A DNA stretch of 64,000 bases from the human T2T-CHM13v2.0 reference genome, Homo sapiens. The notes beneath the pieces were generated by a model, which worked only from the letters and a program-made list of their open reading frames with translations, was not told the origin of the DNA and ran no database searches. The stretch lies in assembly GCF_009914755.1 (NCBI RefSeq), contig NC_060935.1; one strand, 5' to 3'. The translations under genes were made by a program, and so were the position numbers. Below are positions 31,150 to 47,849 of this stretch, one piece after another (positions within the stretch are counted from its first letter, which is position 1; every line of letters starts with the position of its first letter).

Positions 31150-34100
31150 GCACAGAATAGGGCTAGGCTCCCAAAGTTATTGTTCCTTTTCAAGCTTGAC
31201 TTGGCTATTCTAGGTCCTTTGATTTTCCATATGAATTTTAGAAATAGTTTTTTAACTTCTACAAAAATGGCTTGCCATGATTTTGCTTGGAGATACACTG
31301 AAAGTACAGACTGATCTTAATACTGAGTCTTCCAATTCATAAACATAACAAATATATACATTTTTAGGTCTTTTTCTTTCAGCAAGGTTTTTGAGTGGCC
31401 CATCTACAGGTGTTACATATCTTTTGTCATATTTATCCCTAAGTATTTAATATTTTTGGTACTATTGTAACTGGTATTGTTTTTATAATTTTCATTTCAA
31501 ATGTTTATTGCTACAAATATAATAGTTTTTTAAAAAAATCTTACATCTTGCAATCTTGCTAAACTTATGTTAGTTTTAGTGATTTTATTGTAGGTTTCAT
31601 CAGATTTTCTGCATAGACAATTATGCAAATAAAATATTTTTTCTGTAGTGTGAATTTTTTTTATTTTTCCATTTCTTAGTTTGCCTTATTTCACTGACTA
31701 GAACATCCAATACAATGTGAATAGAAGTGGCGAGAGAAAATTTTGTCTTGTTTGCAATCTTAGGGAGAAAGAATTTAGTCTCTCAATATTGGGTATAAGA
31801 TTAGCTGTAGGTTTTTTATAGATGCCCTCTATCAGGTTGAGGAAATTTTTTTCTATGGCTACTTTGCTGAGAATTTTCAAAAGGAATAGATGTTGGATTT
31901 TGTTAATACTTTTTATGCACCACTGATAATAAGAATACATTTTTTCTTATTTAATTTGTTAATATGGTGAATTATATTCATTAAATTTGATTGCTACACT
32001 AACCTTGTGCTCTTAACATAAATTCCAATTGGCCACAGTACAGATTTTAACCAAAAAATCAATTTCTTGAGTGATATTTTCCAAGATGATTTAGGTCATC
32101 TATCTCTTCTGAGTGAGCTTTGATAGTGTCTTTCAAGGAATTTACCTTATTCATTTCAGTCGTCAAATGTATTGCCTTGAAGTTATCGATACTATTCCTG
32201 TATTATCTTTAAAAACCTTATTATTTGAAATAAATACAGACTACTATAGGGAGTTGCAAAACTATAGTCCTGTGTACACTTTACCCAGCTTTCCCCAGTG
32301 GCAACAACTTCTGCAGCTATCATTCAATGTCAAAACCAGAAAATTATTTCAACTAGACCTTATTTGGTTTTTACCATTTAACCTGAATTTATTTGCATGT
32401 GTGTGTATGTGTAGTTCTATTCAATTTTACCCTGTGTATAGATTTCTGTAACCTTTACCACAATCAAGATAGATTATTCCATCACTGCCAAAGAACTCCT
32501 TTGTTCTACCTCTTTATCCATACTCCCTACCCCATCCATCCTGTCCCAGTCCCCTGACAACCAATAATCTGCTTACCATCTCTATAATTTCGTCATTTTG
32601 AGAACATTACATAAGTGAAATTACAAAGCACATAGCACTTTTAGATTGACTTTTTTACTTAACATAATGCATTTGTTAATAGTTTATTTCTCTGTATTGC
32701 TAAATAATATTCTGTCGTTATGGGTATATTAGAGTTTGTTCAACCATTCACCCTCTGAAAGACATCTGCACTATTTCCAATATTTTTCTATTACAAATAA
32801 CGCTGTTTTGAACATTTGTGGGTAATTTTTATATAATCTTTTTTTTAAATTATCAGATGTAATATCTAGGTAGTATGGTAAATGAATGTGTAGTTTTGGG
32901 GTTTCGTTTGTTTTTATTTTTCAGAAACTGACAAACTATTTGCCAAAGTGACTCTGCTACTTTACACTTCTACCAACAATGTGTGAGACATCCAGTTTCT
33001 CTGCATACTTGCTAGCATCTGGTATTGTCTCTATAATATTTAATATTAGCTGTTCTAATAGAAGTGTAGTGATAGTTCATTCATTGCAATTTTAATTTGC
33101 ACATATCAAATGGCTAACAATGATGAGCATTTTTTATGTACTTTACTTTGCCACCTGTAGCTCCCTTTTGGTGAGATATCTGTTGCTTATCCCTTTGATA
33201 GCTTTATAATCGGTAGCAGCAGCATCTCTCTGATTCCTTATAGTGAAATTGATGTCATGTTGGTTTTCTCAGTCTAGACATATGTTTACTAATATTCCTT
33301 ATTTTTTCAAATGAAACATCTTCCTTGCTTTCCTATCTGATCTTTCTTATTATCCTTCTTCTGTTTACTGTGGCTATATACTTTTCTTCTTTTTGTAGTT
33401 TCTGAAGGTGGAAGTTGAAGTTGTTTGAGATATTCCTGCTTCTCTGATGTATCTTTTTTTCTGATATTTTTATAGTATAAACGCCCCATTAAGGACTGCT
33501 TTAGTGTTATGTAACAAATTTTGAAATACTAAGTTTTTTGATCAAGTTAAAATTATTTTCTAACCTCTTTTTGATTCCTTCTTTGACATATGGATTATTT
33601 AGAAGTGTTCTATTTAGTTACCAAAGATTTAAAAATTTTTATATAGAGATATTTTTGTTATTAATTTCTAATTTAATTCCATGGTATCAGAGATTAAATT
33701 CTGTAAGACTTAAGTCCTTTCAAGTTTATTGAAATTTGTTTTATTGTACCAAATATAGTCTGGCATGATAAATGTTCTAAAAGCAAAGCACTCAAAAATG
33801 AAATGCATTTTCCTAATTTTGTGTGGAGTGTTCTGTAAATACACATTAGGCCAAGTTGGTTGATTGTGTTTTCCAAGTCTTCTTTATCTTTAATGATTTC
33901 CTGTGTACTTGTTCTATCAATTTTTCAGAGAGATATTGACGTCTCCAACTATAATTGTGATTTGTCTATTTCTCTTTGTTTATTTATGAATTTTTGCTTC
34001 ATATATTTTGAAACTCTGGCATTAGGCATTTAAACATTTAAAATGGTTATCTCTTCTTGATAAATAGAACTCTTTATCTTAATGAAATTCACCTCCTCAT

Positions 34101-34260
34101 CCCTGGTAATATTCTTGGATCTGAAATCCACTAAGTGTGTTGTTCCTATAGCCATCCTAGTTTTGTGTGTGTGTGTGTGTGTGTGCGTGCGTGTATGTCA
34201 GCATAGCATATTATTTTTCATACTTATACTTTAAATCTAAAGCTATGAATAGGTTAAAAG
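31150..34260 (-). mobile_element. Old L1M ORF2 fragments with a nested L1M 3' end (~32220-33190)
   Basis: Minus-strand KIQHLFLLKILSKVAIEKNFLNLIEGIYKKPTANL (RT-like) and MENTINQLGLMCIYRTLH (EN-like). Confidence 0.75.
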
Positions 34261-34267
34261 TAAATTT

Positions 34268-34560
34268 TGTTGTTTTTGTTGTTGTTTGTTTTTGTTTTTT
34301 TTGTTTGTTTGTTTTTTGAGACAGAGTCTTGCTCTGTCGCCAGGCTGGAGTGCAGGAGGTGCAATCTCGTCTCACTGCAACTTCCGCCTCCCGTGTTCAA
34401 GCAATTCCCCTGCCTCAGCCTCCCAAGTAGCTGGGATTACAGGCGCATGCCACCATGCCTGGCTAATTTTTTGTATTTTAGTAGAGACGGCGTTTCACCA
34501 TGTTGGCCACAGTGGTCTTGATCTCCTGACCTCGTGATCCACCCGCCTCGGCTCCCAAAG
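34268..34560 (-). mobile_element. Alu (AluSc-like), slightly 5'-truncated
   Basis: (TTG)n/T tail; TCTGTCGCCAGGCTGG variant; ends at CTCCCAAAG; degenerate flanking repeat TTAAAAGTAAATT / TTTAAAGTATAATT. Confidence 0.9.
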
Positions 34561-34619
34561 ATTTAAAGTATAATTCTTATAAGCACCCTATAGTTTGGAA
34601 TGTCTAAAAAGTTAATAAC

Positions 34620-35830
34620 CTTTATTGTTTTGAATAGTTTTAGGTTCACCGAAAAAAAAATGAGTGAAAAGCACAGAGTTTTCATATATGCCCTCACCTC
34701 CCACAATTTCCTCTATTTTTAATATCTTACATTAGTGTGGTACCTTAGTTCCAATCGATGATGAAACTATATACATTATTATTGACTGAACTTCATAGTT
34801 TACATTAGGATTCACTCTTGGTGTTGTATATTCTATAGGTTTTGACAAATGTATAATGACATGTATCTACCATGTCAACTGAGAAAAATGGCAAGACAAG
34901 TCTCAATCATTTTAGGAGGTTTATTTGCCAAGTTAAGGATGCACACCAGGGAGACAGGACTATGCCTTTCTTGGAAGATGATTTTGAGGGCTCCAAATTT
35001 AAAGGGGAAAAGGTGGAGCATTGAGAAGTACACAATTTTCATGTAAGAGAGGTTAGGGAAAAAACAGTCATTTATGCCTTCATCTGGCTCAGTGTATCTG
35101 CATTTGTTACATAAGATGACATAGACAAATGGGGCAGAGAAAAAATGTAGATAATCTGCATTTTTACATAAGATAACATAGACAAAATGGGGCAGGGGAC
35201 CAATTAGATATCGTTTATGTCTGGTGGGCAGGGGAGGTGACTGCACCTGTAAAGATAAGCTATGAATGTGCATTGCCATGGTGAAATTTTAACAGATACG
35301 CCTTAAAGATCTTGGAGCTCACTAGGAATTTCCTTGTGGGCAAAATATGGGGGAAGCGTGTAGCTTTTCATATTTTAGCCATCTTATCTAGGAGCCAAAA
35401 GGGGAGGAAGGTTTGCATGACCCAGTTTCCAGCTTAACTTTTTCCTGTGGCTCAATGAGTTTGGGGTCCCTAGGTTTATTTTCCTTTCACAACCATACAG
35501 AGCAATAGTTTCACCACCCTAACAATCCTCTGTGCTCTACCTATTCATCCCTCTTTTGTTCTCCCCAACTTCTGGTAACCACTGATATTTTCACTTTTTC
35601 TATAGTTTGTCTTTTCCAGAATGTCATATACTTAGAATCATTCAATGTGTAGCCATTTCAGTTTAGATCCTTTCATTTAGCAGTATGATTTAAGATTCCT
35701 TCATGTCTTTTCATGGATGGATAGCTTATTGATTTATTCACAGAGTAATATTTCATTGTGGATTTACTACAGCTTGCTTTATCCTTTCACCTACTGAAAG
35801 ACATCTTGGTTGTTTCTAAGTGTTACGTTA
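34620..35830 (-). mobile_element. L1MC-like 3' end split by a MER4 LTR
   Basis: AATAGTTTTAGGTTCACCGAAAA...TGTATAATGACATGTATCTACCA, resuming at 35492 with CATACAGAGCAATAGTTTCACCACCCTAAC. Confidence 0.75.
34873..35491 (-). mobile_element. MER4A-like ERV1 solo LTR
   Basis: TG...CA ends (TGTCAACTGAG...TTTTCCTTTCACA); perfect 4-bp TSD ACCA at 34869-34872 and 35492-35495. Confidence 0.85.
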
Positions 35831-36474
35831 TTAGTAAAGTTGCTGGCATTGTTTTTTACTTCTATCTTTTCGTTAGATTGTTTTACATTTCATTTACATT
35901 TAATGTAATTTTTAAGATTTCCATCTATCATCTTGTTATTAGTTTCTATTTGTGTGATTTGTTTATCGCTCTTTCTACCCCCTCCCTTTTGCCTTTTGTT
36001 GATAAAATCAGTCTATTTATGATTCTATTTTAAGCATTTTACTTATTATTTATAATTTTTGTTTTAATTTAGCAACTGACTTAGGGTTTATTGAACACAT
36101 ATTTAACTTATAATTATACGCCTTCAAGTAACTTTGTAGTATTTCATATATAGTATAACAACCTTGCAGTATCTTCCCTCAGCTTTTGTAATCTTGCTGC
36201 CATATACTTTACTTTTATATATGCCATAAGGTACACAATAAGTTATTATTTTTATGTAAATGGTAAATTATTTTGGAAGACATTTAAATAGAAACAGTTA
36301 TATATTTATCCATGCCATTACCATTTTTGGAGCTCTTCTTTTATATACATCCATGTTTCCATCTCCTATAATTTTAGTTCTGTGCTTAAAGGAGTTATTG
36401 TAGTACAGGTCTGCTAGTGATAAAATCTTTCAGGTTTTATTTATGTGAAGCCTTTATTTTTTCATGGTTATTAA

Positions 36475-36780
<306 letters not shown>

Positions 36781-37552
36781 TGGATATGGAATTTTAATTC
36801 TAATTTTAGGGCAATTTTATTCTTTCAGTACTTGTAAGTGTTGTTTTATCTTACATTTGTTTCCAGTAAGAAATTGCTTGCCTTCTTCATTTTTTAAAAA
36901 ATCTCTGTATAAATCTCTGTATATAGGCCTATTTTTATTCTGGATGCTTTTACATATGTTTTCTTATCATTTTTTTGGAGCAGTTTGACAGTGGTGTGCA
37001 TTTATGTAGCTTCCTATTTTGCGTGCTTGGGGTAAATTGAACTTCATGGATCTGTGGAGTTTTACTTTATATTTAATCTGGAATTTTTTCAGACATTATT
37101 TTATCAAATAGTTTTTCAGTCCTGGACCCCTCACTTCTGGAACTCCAATTGTACTCATACTACGCCACTTGAAATTGTCCTAAAACTCACTGGTGCTCTC
37201 TTTATTTTGTTTTTCTCTTCTTTTTCTCTATGTGTTGCATTTAAAATGGTTCCTCTTGTTGTGCCTTCACTTCACTAATCTTTTTATTGCACAATGTTTA
37301 ATGGGTATAATTCTCAATCAGTATATTATTCACCTCAGATACTGTAGATTTATCTTTTAAAGTTCAATTTAGTTTTTTGTAATAACTCTCATGTTACTAC
37401 ATTAGCTTTTTAATATGATAAATATTGTTATAAAAATTATTTTCATGTCCTTATCTACTCTTTTTAACATCTGTGTTCATTCTGGTTTATTTTGATTATT
37501 TGATTGTTTTCATTGATTATATATGGCACTTGATAGTGGCATTGCAGGACAA

Positions 37553-37640
37553 GAATGGATAATGATTGATATTCTGGAATGGTTCTGGGGCATTTGGAAT
37601 GGATAATGATTGATATTCTGGAATGGTTCTGGGGCATTTG
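37553..37640. repeat. Perfect 44-bp tandem duplication
   Basis: GAATGGATAATGATTGATATTCTGGAATGGTTCTGGGGCATTTG x2, identical copies. Confidence 0.95.
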
Positions 37641-37679
37641 GCTTTGCATATGAAAAATTTCAAGAATAAAAGTACATAT

Positions 37680-37786
37680 ACAATCTAGGTTTGTGTAGGT
37701 ATACTCTATTATGTTTGCACAATGACAAAATCTTCCAAAAATGCATTTTTCAGAATGTATCCTCATCATTAAGTGATGCATGCTGT
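37680..37786 (-). mobile_element. Tigger3 terminal fragment
   Basis: ATCTAGGTTTGTGTAGGTATACTCT...CAGAATGTATCCTCATCATTAAGTGATGCATGCTG then TA; matches ~47005-47107. Confidence 0.8.
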
Positions 37787-38196
37787 ACTCCAATCCTTTA
37801 AAATGTGTTTTTTTCTCAGACTCAGTCTTCTCACATACATACATAAATTGAACCATACCAAACAGCTGAGAATGATGTCTAGAATTCTCTGGAAAAACAT
37901 CTCTGTATGCCTAGTTCTGTTCTCTCTCGCAGTCTTCTCTGCAAATTCTTGCCTAAAGTTATAGTTATCTTTGGCTTCTCAATTCAGAAAATCTGCCAGA
38001 CTCCACTTGGTTTCATCATTCATATGCCATTACTGAATATTCTCTCCAGGCAGAAAACTGTGGCAACCTTAGCTTTCACTTCATTAATTTCTCATTTCTC
38101 AGAAATCTCTATCCTTCCATCCCCAGTATAGTGTCTTGAAAATCATTGTTTCATGTATTTTTCTAATTTTGCAGTGTTTCAGGTGCAAGGGTAATC

Positions 38197-38229
<33 letters not shown>

Positions 38230-38779
38230 TATATATATATATACACACACATACGTATACACGTGCCATGGTGCTTTGCTGCACCCATTAGCCTACCATC
38301 TACATTAGGTATTTCTCCTAATGCTATCCCTCCCCTAGCCCCCAACCTCCCCCACAGGCCCTGGTGTGTGATGTTCCCCTCCCCGTGTTCATGTGTTCTC
38401 ATTGTTCAACTCTCACTTATGAGTGAGAACCTGGAGCAATTGGTTTTCTGTTCCCGTGTTAGTTTGCTGAGAATGATGGTTTCCAGCTTCATCCATGTCC
38501 CTGCAAAGGACATGAACTCATCCTTTTTCATGGCTGCATAGTATTCCATGGTGTATATGTGCTACATTTTCTTAATCCGGTCTATCATTGATGGACATTT
38601 GGGTTGGTTCCAAGTCTTTGCTATTGGGAACAATGCTGCAATAAACATATGTGTGCATGGGTCTTTACAGTAGAATGATTTATAATCCTTTGGGTATATA
38701 CCCAGTAATGGGATTGCTGGGTCAAATGGCATTCCTGGTTCTAGATCTTTGAGGAATTGCCACACTCTCTTCCACAATG
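38197..38779 (-). mobile_element. L1PA (L1PA7/8-like) 3' fragment, tail end replaced by a (TA)n(CA)n microsatellite
   Basis: Minus-strand FLKDLEPGMPFDPAIPLLGIYPKDYKSFY; 3'UTR runs into dinucleotide repeats at 38197-38260. Confidence 0.9.
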
Positions 38780-39381
38780 GAGGCCAATAGTAAATGTTCT
38801 CATAATTATGGAATTAAAGTAATGTTAATTTTAATTTTAAAGTAAATTTAATTCCTCTGAAGGGTAATCTTTTCCCTTTTACTCCATCCTAGTAAAGTAT
38901 AAGTCCCCTAAATTATTTTTCTTAAAAAAAAAATCAAACATTATTCCTCTTAAAATAAAAAGCCAGAGTTACGTAAGTTTAGGAAGTATTAAAAATTATC
39001 GGGGATTGGCCAAGATGGCCGAATAGGAACAGCTCCGGTCTACAGCTCCCAGCGTTAGCGACGCAGAAGACGGGTGATTTCTGCATTTCCATCTGAGCTT
39101 TGAAGAGAGCAGTGGTTCTCCCAGCACGCAGCGGGAGATCTGAGAACAGGCAGACTGCCTCCTCAAGTGGGTCCCTGACCCCTGACCCCCGAGCAGCCTA
39201 ACTGGGAGGCACCCCCCAGCAGGGGTGGACTGACACCTCACACAGCCGGGTACTCCAACAGACCTGCAGCTGAGGGTCCTGTCTGTTAGAAGGAAAACTA
39301 ACAAACAGAAAGGACATCCACACCAAAAACCCATCTGTACATCACCATCATCAAAGACCAAAAGTAGATAAAACCACAAAG

Positions 39382-40398
39382 ATGGGGAAAAAACAGAACA
39401 GAAAAACTGGAAACTCTAAAAAGCAGATCGCCTCTCCTCCTCCAAAGGAACGCAGTTCCTCACCAGCAATGGAACAAAGCTGGAGGGAGCATGACTTTGA
39501 CGAGCTGAGAGAAGAAGGCTTCAGACGATCAAATTACTCTGAGCTATGGGAGGACATTCAAACCAAAGGCAAAGAAGTTGAAAACTTTGAAAAAAATTTA
39601 GAAGAATGTATAACTAGAATAACCAACACAGAGAAGTGCTTAAAGGAGCTGATGGAGCTGAAAACCAAGGCTTGAGAACTACGTGAAGAATGCAGAAGCC
39701 TCAGGAGCCAATGCGATCAACTGGAAGAAAGGGTATCAGCAATGGAAGATGAAATGAATGAAATGAAGCAAGAAGGGAAGTTTAGAGAAAAAAGAATAAA
39801 AAGAAACGAGCAAAGCCTCCAAGAAATATGAGACTATGTGAAAAGACCAAATCTACGTCTGATTGGTGTACCTGAAAGTGACGGGGAGAATCGAACCAAG
39901 TTGGAAAACACTCTGCAGGATATTATGCAGGAGAACTTCCCCAATCTAGCAAGGCAGGCCAACATTCAGATTCAGGAAATACAGAGAACGCCACAAAGAT
40001 ACTCCTCGAGAAGAGCAACTCCAAGAAACATAATTGTCAGATTCACCAAAGTTGAAATGAAGGAAAAAATGTTAAGGGCAGCTAGAGAGAAAGGTCAGGT
40101 TACCCTCAAAGGGAAGCCCATCAGACTAACAGCGGATCTCTCAGCAGAAACTCTACAAGCCAGAAGAAAGTGGGGGACAATATTCAACATTTTTAAAGAA
40201 AAGAATTTTCAACCCAGAATTTCATATCCAGCCAAACTAAGCTTCAAAAGTGAAGGAAAAATAAAATACTTTACAGACAGGCAAATGCTGAGAGATTTTG
40301 TTACCACCAGGCCTGCCCTAAAAGAGCTCCTGAAGGAAGCACTAAACATGGAAAGGCACAACCGGTACCAGCTGCTGCAAAATCATGCCAAAATGTAA
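39382..40398 (+). pseudogene. L1 ORF1p, inactivated
   Basis: MGKKQNRKTGNSK...LLQNHAKM*, with in-frame TGA at 39673-39675 and 39829-39831. Confidence 0.95.
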
Positions 40399-40446
40399 AG
40401 ACCATCGAGACTACGAAGAAACTGCATCAACTAATGAGCAAAATAA

Positions 40447-44290
<3,844 letters not shown>

Positions 44291-46760
44291 ACAATGAGAA
44301 CACATGGACACAGGAAGGGGAATATCACACTCTGGGGACTGTTGTGGGGTGGGGGGAGGGGGGAGGAATAGCATTGGGAGATATACCTAATGCTAGATGA
44401 CGAGTTAGTGGGTGCAGCGCAGCAGCATGGCACATGTATACGTATGTAACTAACCTGCACATTGTGCACATGTACCCTAAAACTTGAAGTATAATAATAA
44501 TAATTTAAAAAAAAAGTGTAGGGATTGAGTAGTGGAAAAAAAAACAAAAAAAATTATCAAGCAGGTGTCTTTGCTATAGGTATTTTCAGAAACTTGAGTT
44601 TTCTAATGTAATTTCCTTACAAATATCAAAGGGTACAAAAATAGCAGAAGCCATTTTAAACTATAAGCACTTCATCTGCCTTGTGGATTAACCAATATGC
44701 TTAATTCCTTCTGGAAAACATTACGAACAATGCCCTCAGTTTGCTGTAAAAATGTGATGAATGACTTCTTTTAAGCTACTTGCTTCAACTACCTCCAGCT
44801 GTGTATTTAAAAAATTCACATTTTTTATCTGTTTAGGTCAATAGTAAGTGCTCTAATTATGTAATTAAATTAATTAAATAGTACTTTTTAAACACCATGA
44901 AATAAATGTGCAAATTTTTAAGGGATATTATTTTACACTAATTAAGTAGGACATCTTGATAAAAGTTATTGGCAAAAAATAAGTTGATACTGATTTAGTC
45001 TTAAGGAAGAAATCTAAAATGCAGAGTAAAGATAATAGTAAAAATTTAGACTTCTTCAGAGATTTTTTCACAATTAAAAAACATTCTCACATCCTTCACA
45101 AAAAATTGAAACTAGAAAAAATGATTGACACTGCAATCAGTGGACTCATACTCAAATAAAAGACTTTAGCTTTACAGCAAAAGACTGGCAAATAAATGCA
45201 TATTTGTATGCTTTATATTTAAGTAAAATTCTAAAGATACATATACATTGTTTTAAATTTTTTTTTGCCTTAAGCACATTTTTACTTACAAAGCTAAACA
45301 CAAGTCCTAATAAGATTGGTTTTTAAAGCTTCTATTCTATTCGAGTAGTTTGTTCTCTACTCTAGTAATTTTCTTATTCTATTTAATTATGTATTTTTTT
45401 AGATTATTGTTTCTCATTGCTAACCAGCTTTGGCTGAAAAATGTTCCAAAATACTTGCTTTTGTGGCTTTTCTTCATTTCCATTAGTAATAGAGTTAGAT
45501 TGACAGTTCAAAGCAACTTAAAATTATTTTAAGCCACTTTTGTCTGAGAATTCCCATGTAAAGCAGGATAAATACCATATATAATGAATTAAACAGGTAG
45601 GTGGAAAAGTTGGTTTCTGATGAACCAACACAACCCCCAGAAGATGGGCATTAAAAATGTTCTTCAAATGTCTTTCGACAATAGGGCAGAGAAAGAATGA
45701 AGATAATTTTCAAAGTCACACAAAGGACATTTTGTTTCCAAAGATCACTTTAGAAACAAGAAATCAGGATTGAGTCTTGCCATATTCCCTCTGTCTACAC
45801 CATTTTAGTATTCAGATTAGAGAATGTCTAGAACTTACTGGAACCTAAATGACACCAGTCTTTTAAGCTTTAGTTTTACAATACAGAGATAAGACATTGG
45901 GAAAATAAAATAGGATTACAGAGACCAGTACTCTGAATAGCTAAACATGACATAAAATGTTATTATATTTACTTACTTTTTGTCTTGTTTTCATTTTGTC
46001 TGACTATATAAACAATAAAACTCTCTTAGTTTCTAATAGATTAAAAATATCTTTAATGTTGAGATACTGTGTCAATTTAGAGCTCTTAAATCAGACCCTC
46101 CTATTAATTTAAAGTTCCCTTGTTTTCAGTTAAATCAAGGGAGGCAAAATATTCACAAAGCCTCCTTTGTAAGTTCCATTGATGCTCCCATCTTTTTCTC
46201 ACTCTCCTAGTGTCTTCATTTTATCTTTACCACAGATTGAATTTCATAGTCAGCCAACTGAAACACTGCTTTGCATTTGTTTCAACCTCCTTGATTCTAT
46301 CTCTAGGTTCATTCTATTCTGTTGTTAAAATCACAGTCCTGGGTAAATGCAATTCCTTACCTACTCAGAACTGCATCAGTATAGCTAGATGTGGCTGGAT
46401 AAATGTGTATGACCACTCAGGTTAAAATCATTACCACAAATTTCAAGCCCAACCTTTATTGCTTGACAGTAAAACTACATTTCTTCAGTCCACTCATTTA
46501 CTTACTTGTAAGAAGATTATTTTATGCATTCCTTTTTCTCTTCAAACCCCATTCTCATTTGAGTTTCTACTTCATTAAGGAAATTGAAGTACTTGAGAAG
46601 AATTTCTACAAACTTCCACTACTGAAACTACTGACATACTAGCATTTGTGTTTATACACTTGCCCTTTTTTCCTATGTATACACATAGATTATGCATGCT
46701 CCTATTTAAAGCCAATTCTCCAAATTTCCACCATATAACACCCTTTCATCTATTTAAGTA

Positions 46761-47105
46761 CATTCATGTACTGCATAACGACATTTTGTTCAATGACAGG
46801 CCATATACACCAGTGGTCTCATAAGACCATACTACCTAATGTTTACTGTACTTTTTCCATATTTTAGATTTGTTTAGATGCCCAAATACTTACCATTGTG
46901 TTGCAATTGCCTACAACATTCAGTACAGTAACCTGCTGTACAGGTTTGTAGCCCAGGAGCAATAGGCTATATTATATAGCCTAGGTGTGTAGTAGCCTAA
47001 GCCATCTAGATTTGTATAAGTACACTCTGAGGTTTGTACAATGATGAAAACACCTAATAATGCATCTCTTAGAATACATGTCCATCCGTAAGTGATGCAT
47101 AACTG
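46761..47105 (-). mobile_element. Complete Tigger3a (MER7A-like) non-autonomous DNA transposon
   Basis: 345 bp; TA on both sides (46759-46760, 47106-47107); degenerate TIRs CATTCATGTACTGCATAACGAC / CCGTAAGTGATGCATAACTG. Confidence 0.9.
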
Positions 47106-47135
47106 TAATTCATTAAAAAAAAGTTCCCCTCTCTC

Positions 47136-47816
47136 CAAATGGATGGAACTAGAGGCTCTTATTCTAAATGAAATTACTCATATACAGAAAGTCAAAACTT
47201 GCATGTTCTCACTTATAAAAAGCAGCTAAATAATGGGTACACATGGACATACAGACAGGAGGGAGTGAGGTCTGAAATACTCCCTATCAGGTACAATGCA
47301 CACTATTTGGGTGATAGGAACACTAACAGCCCAGACTTCAGCAGCATGCAAAACACCCATGTAACAAAATTGTACTGTGTTTTAGGCCATTTTTGCATTG
47401 CTATAAAGAAATACCTCAGGCTGGGTAATTTATAAAGAAAAGAGGTTTAATTTGCTCATGGTTTTGCAGGCTGCCCAGGAAGCCGGTGCTGGCCTCTGCT
47501 TATGGTGAGGCCTTAGGGAGCTTATAATCATGGCAGAAAGCAATGTCACATGGTTAGAGCAGGAGCAAGAGAGAAAGTGTGGAGGTGCCACACACTTTTA
47601 AACAACCAGATCCCACTTAAACATAGAGTGAGAACTCACTCATTATCATAAAGACAGCACCAAGCTATTCATGAAGAGTCAACCCCCATGACCCAAACAC
47701 TTCCCACCAAGCCCCTCCTCCAACACTGGGAATCACATCTCAACATGAGGTTTGGAAGGGGAACCTCCAAACCATATCAAATTTGTACCCCTAAATCTAT
47801 AAAAATGAAAAGTTTA
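47136..47816 (+). mobile_element. Short L1MA-like 3' end with long TSD, interrupted by MSTA
   Basis: ATGGATGGAACTAGAGGC...GCATGTTCTCACTTATAA...TGTACCCCTAAATCTATAAAAAT; flanked by AAAAAAGTTCCCCTCTCTC / AAAAATGTTCCCCTCTCTC. Confidence 0.8.
47378..47779 (-). mobile_element. MSTA-like MaLR solo LTR
   Basis: TGTTTTAGGCCATTTTTGCATTGCTATAAAGAAATACC...CCAAACCATATCA. Confidence 0.88.
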
Positions 47817-47849
47817 AAAAATGTTCCCCTCTCTCTTCCATATCATCAT

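Noticed and set aside
35095-35215. ~60-bp internal tandem duplication in the MER4 LTR
   Set aside because: Probably intrinsic to the MER4A-type consensus rather than locus-specific.
38996-39379. 127-aa antisense ORF over the L1 5'UTR, possible ORF0
   Set aside because: ORF0 and the antisense promoter lie in the spliced-out segment; this frame lacks an ATG start and is simply the reverse of the remaining UTR.
44345-44368. G-quadruplex-like run
   Set aside because: Standard feature of L1PA 3'UTRs.
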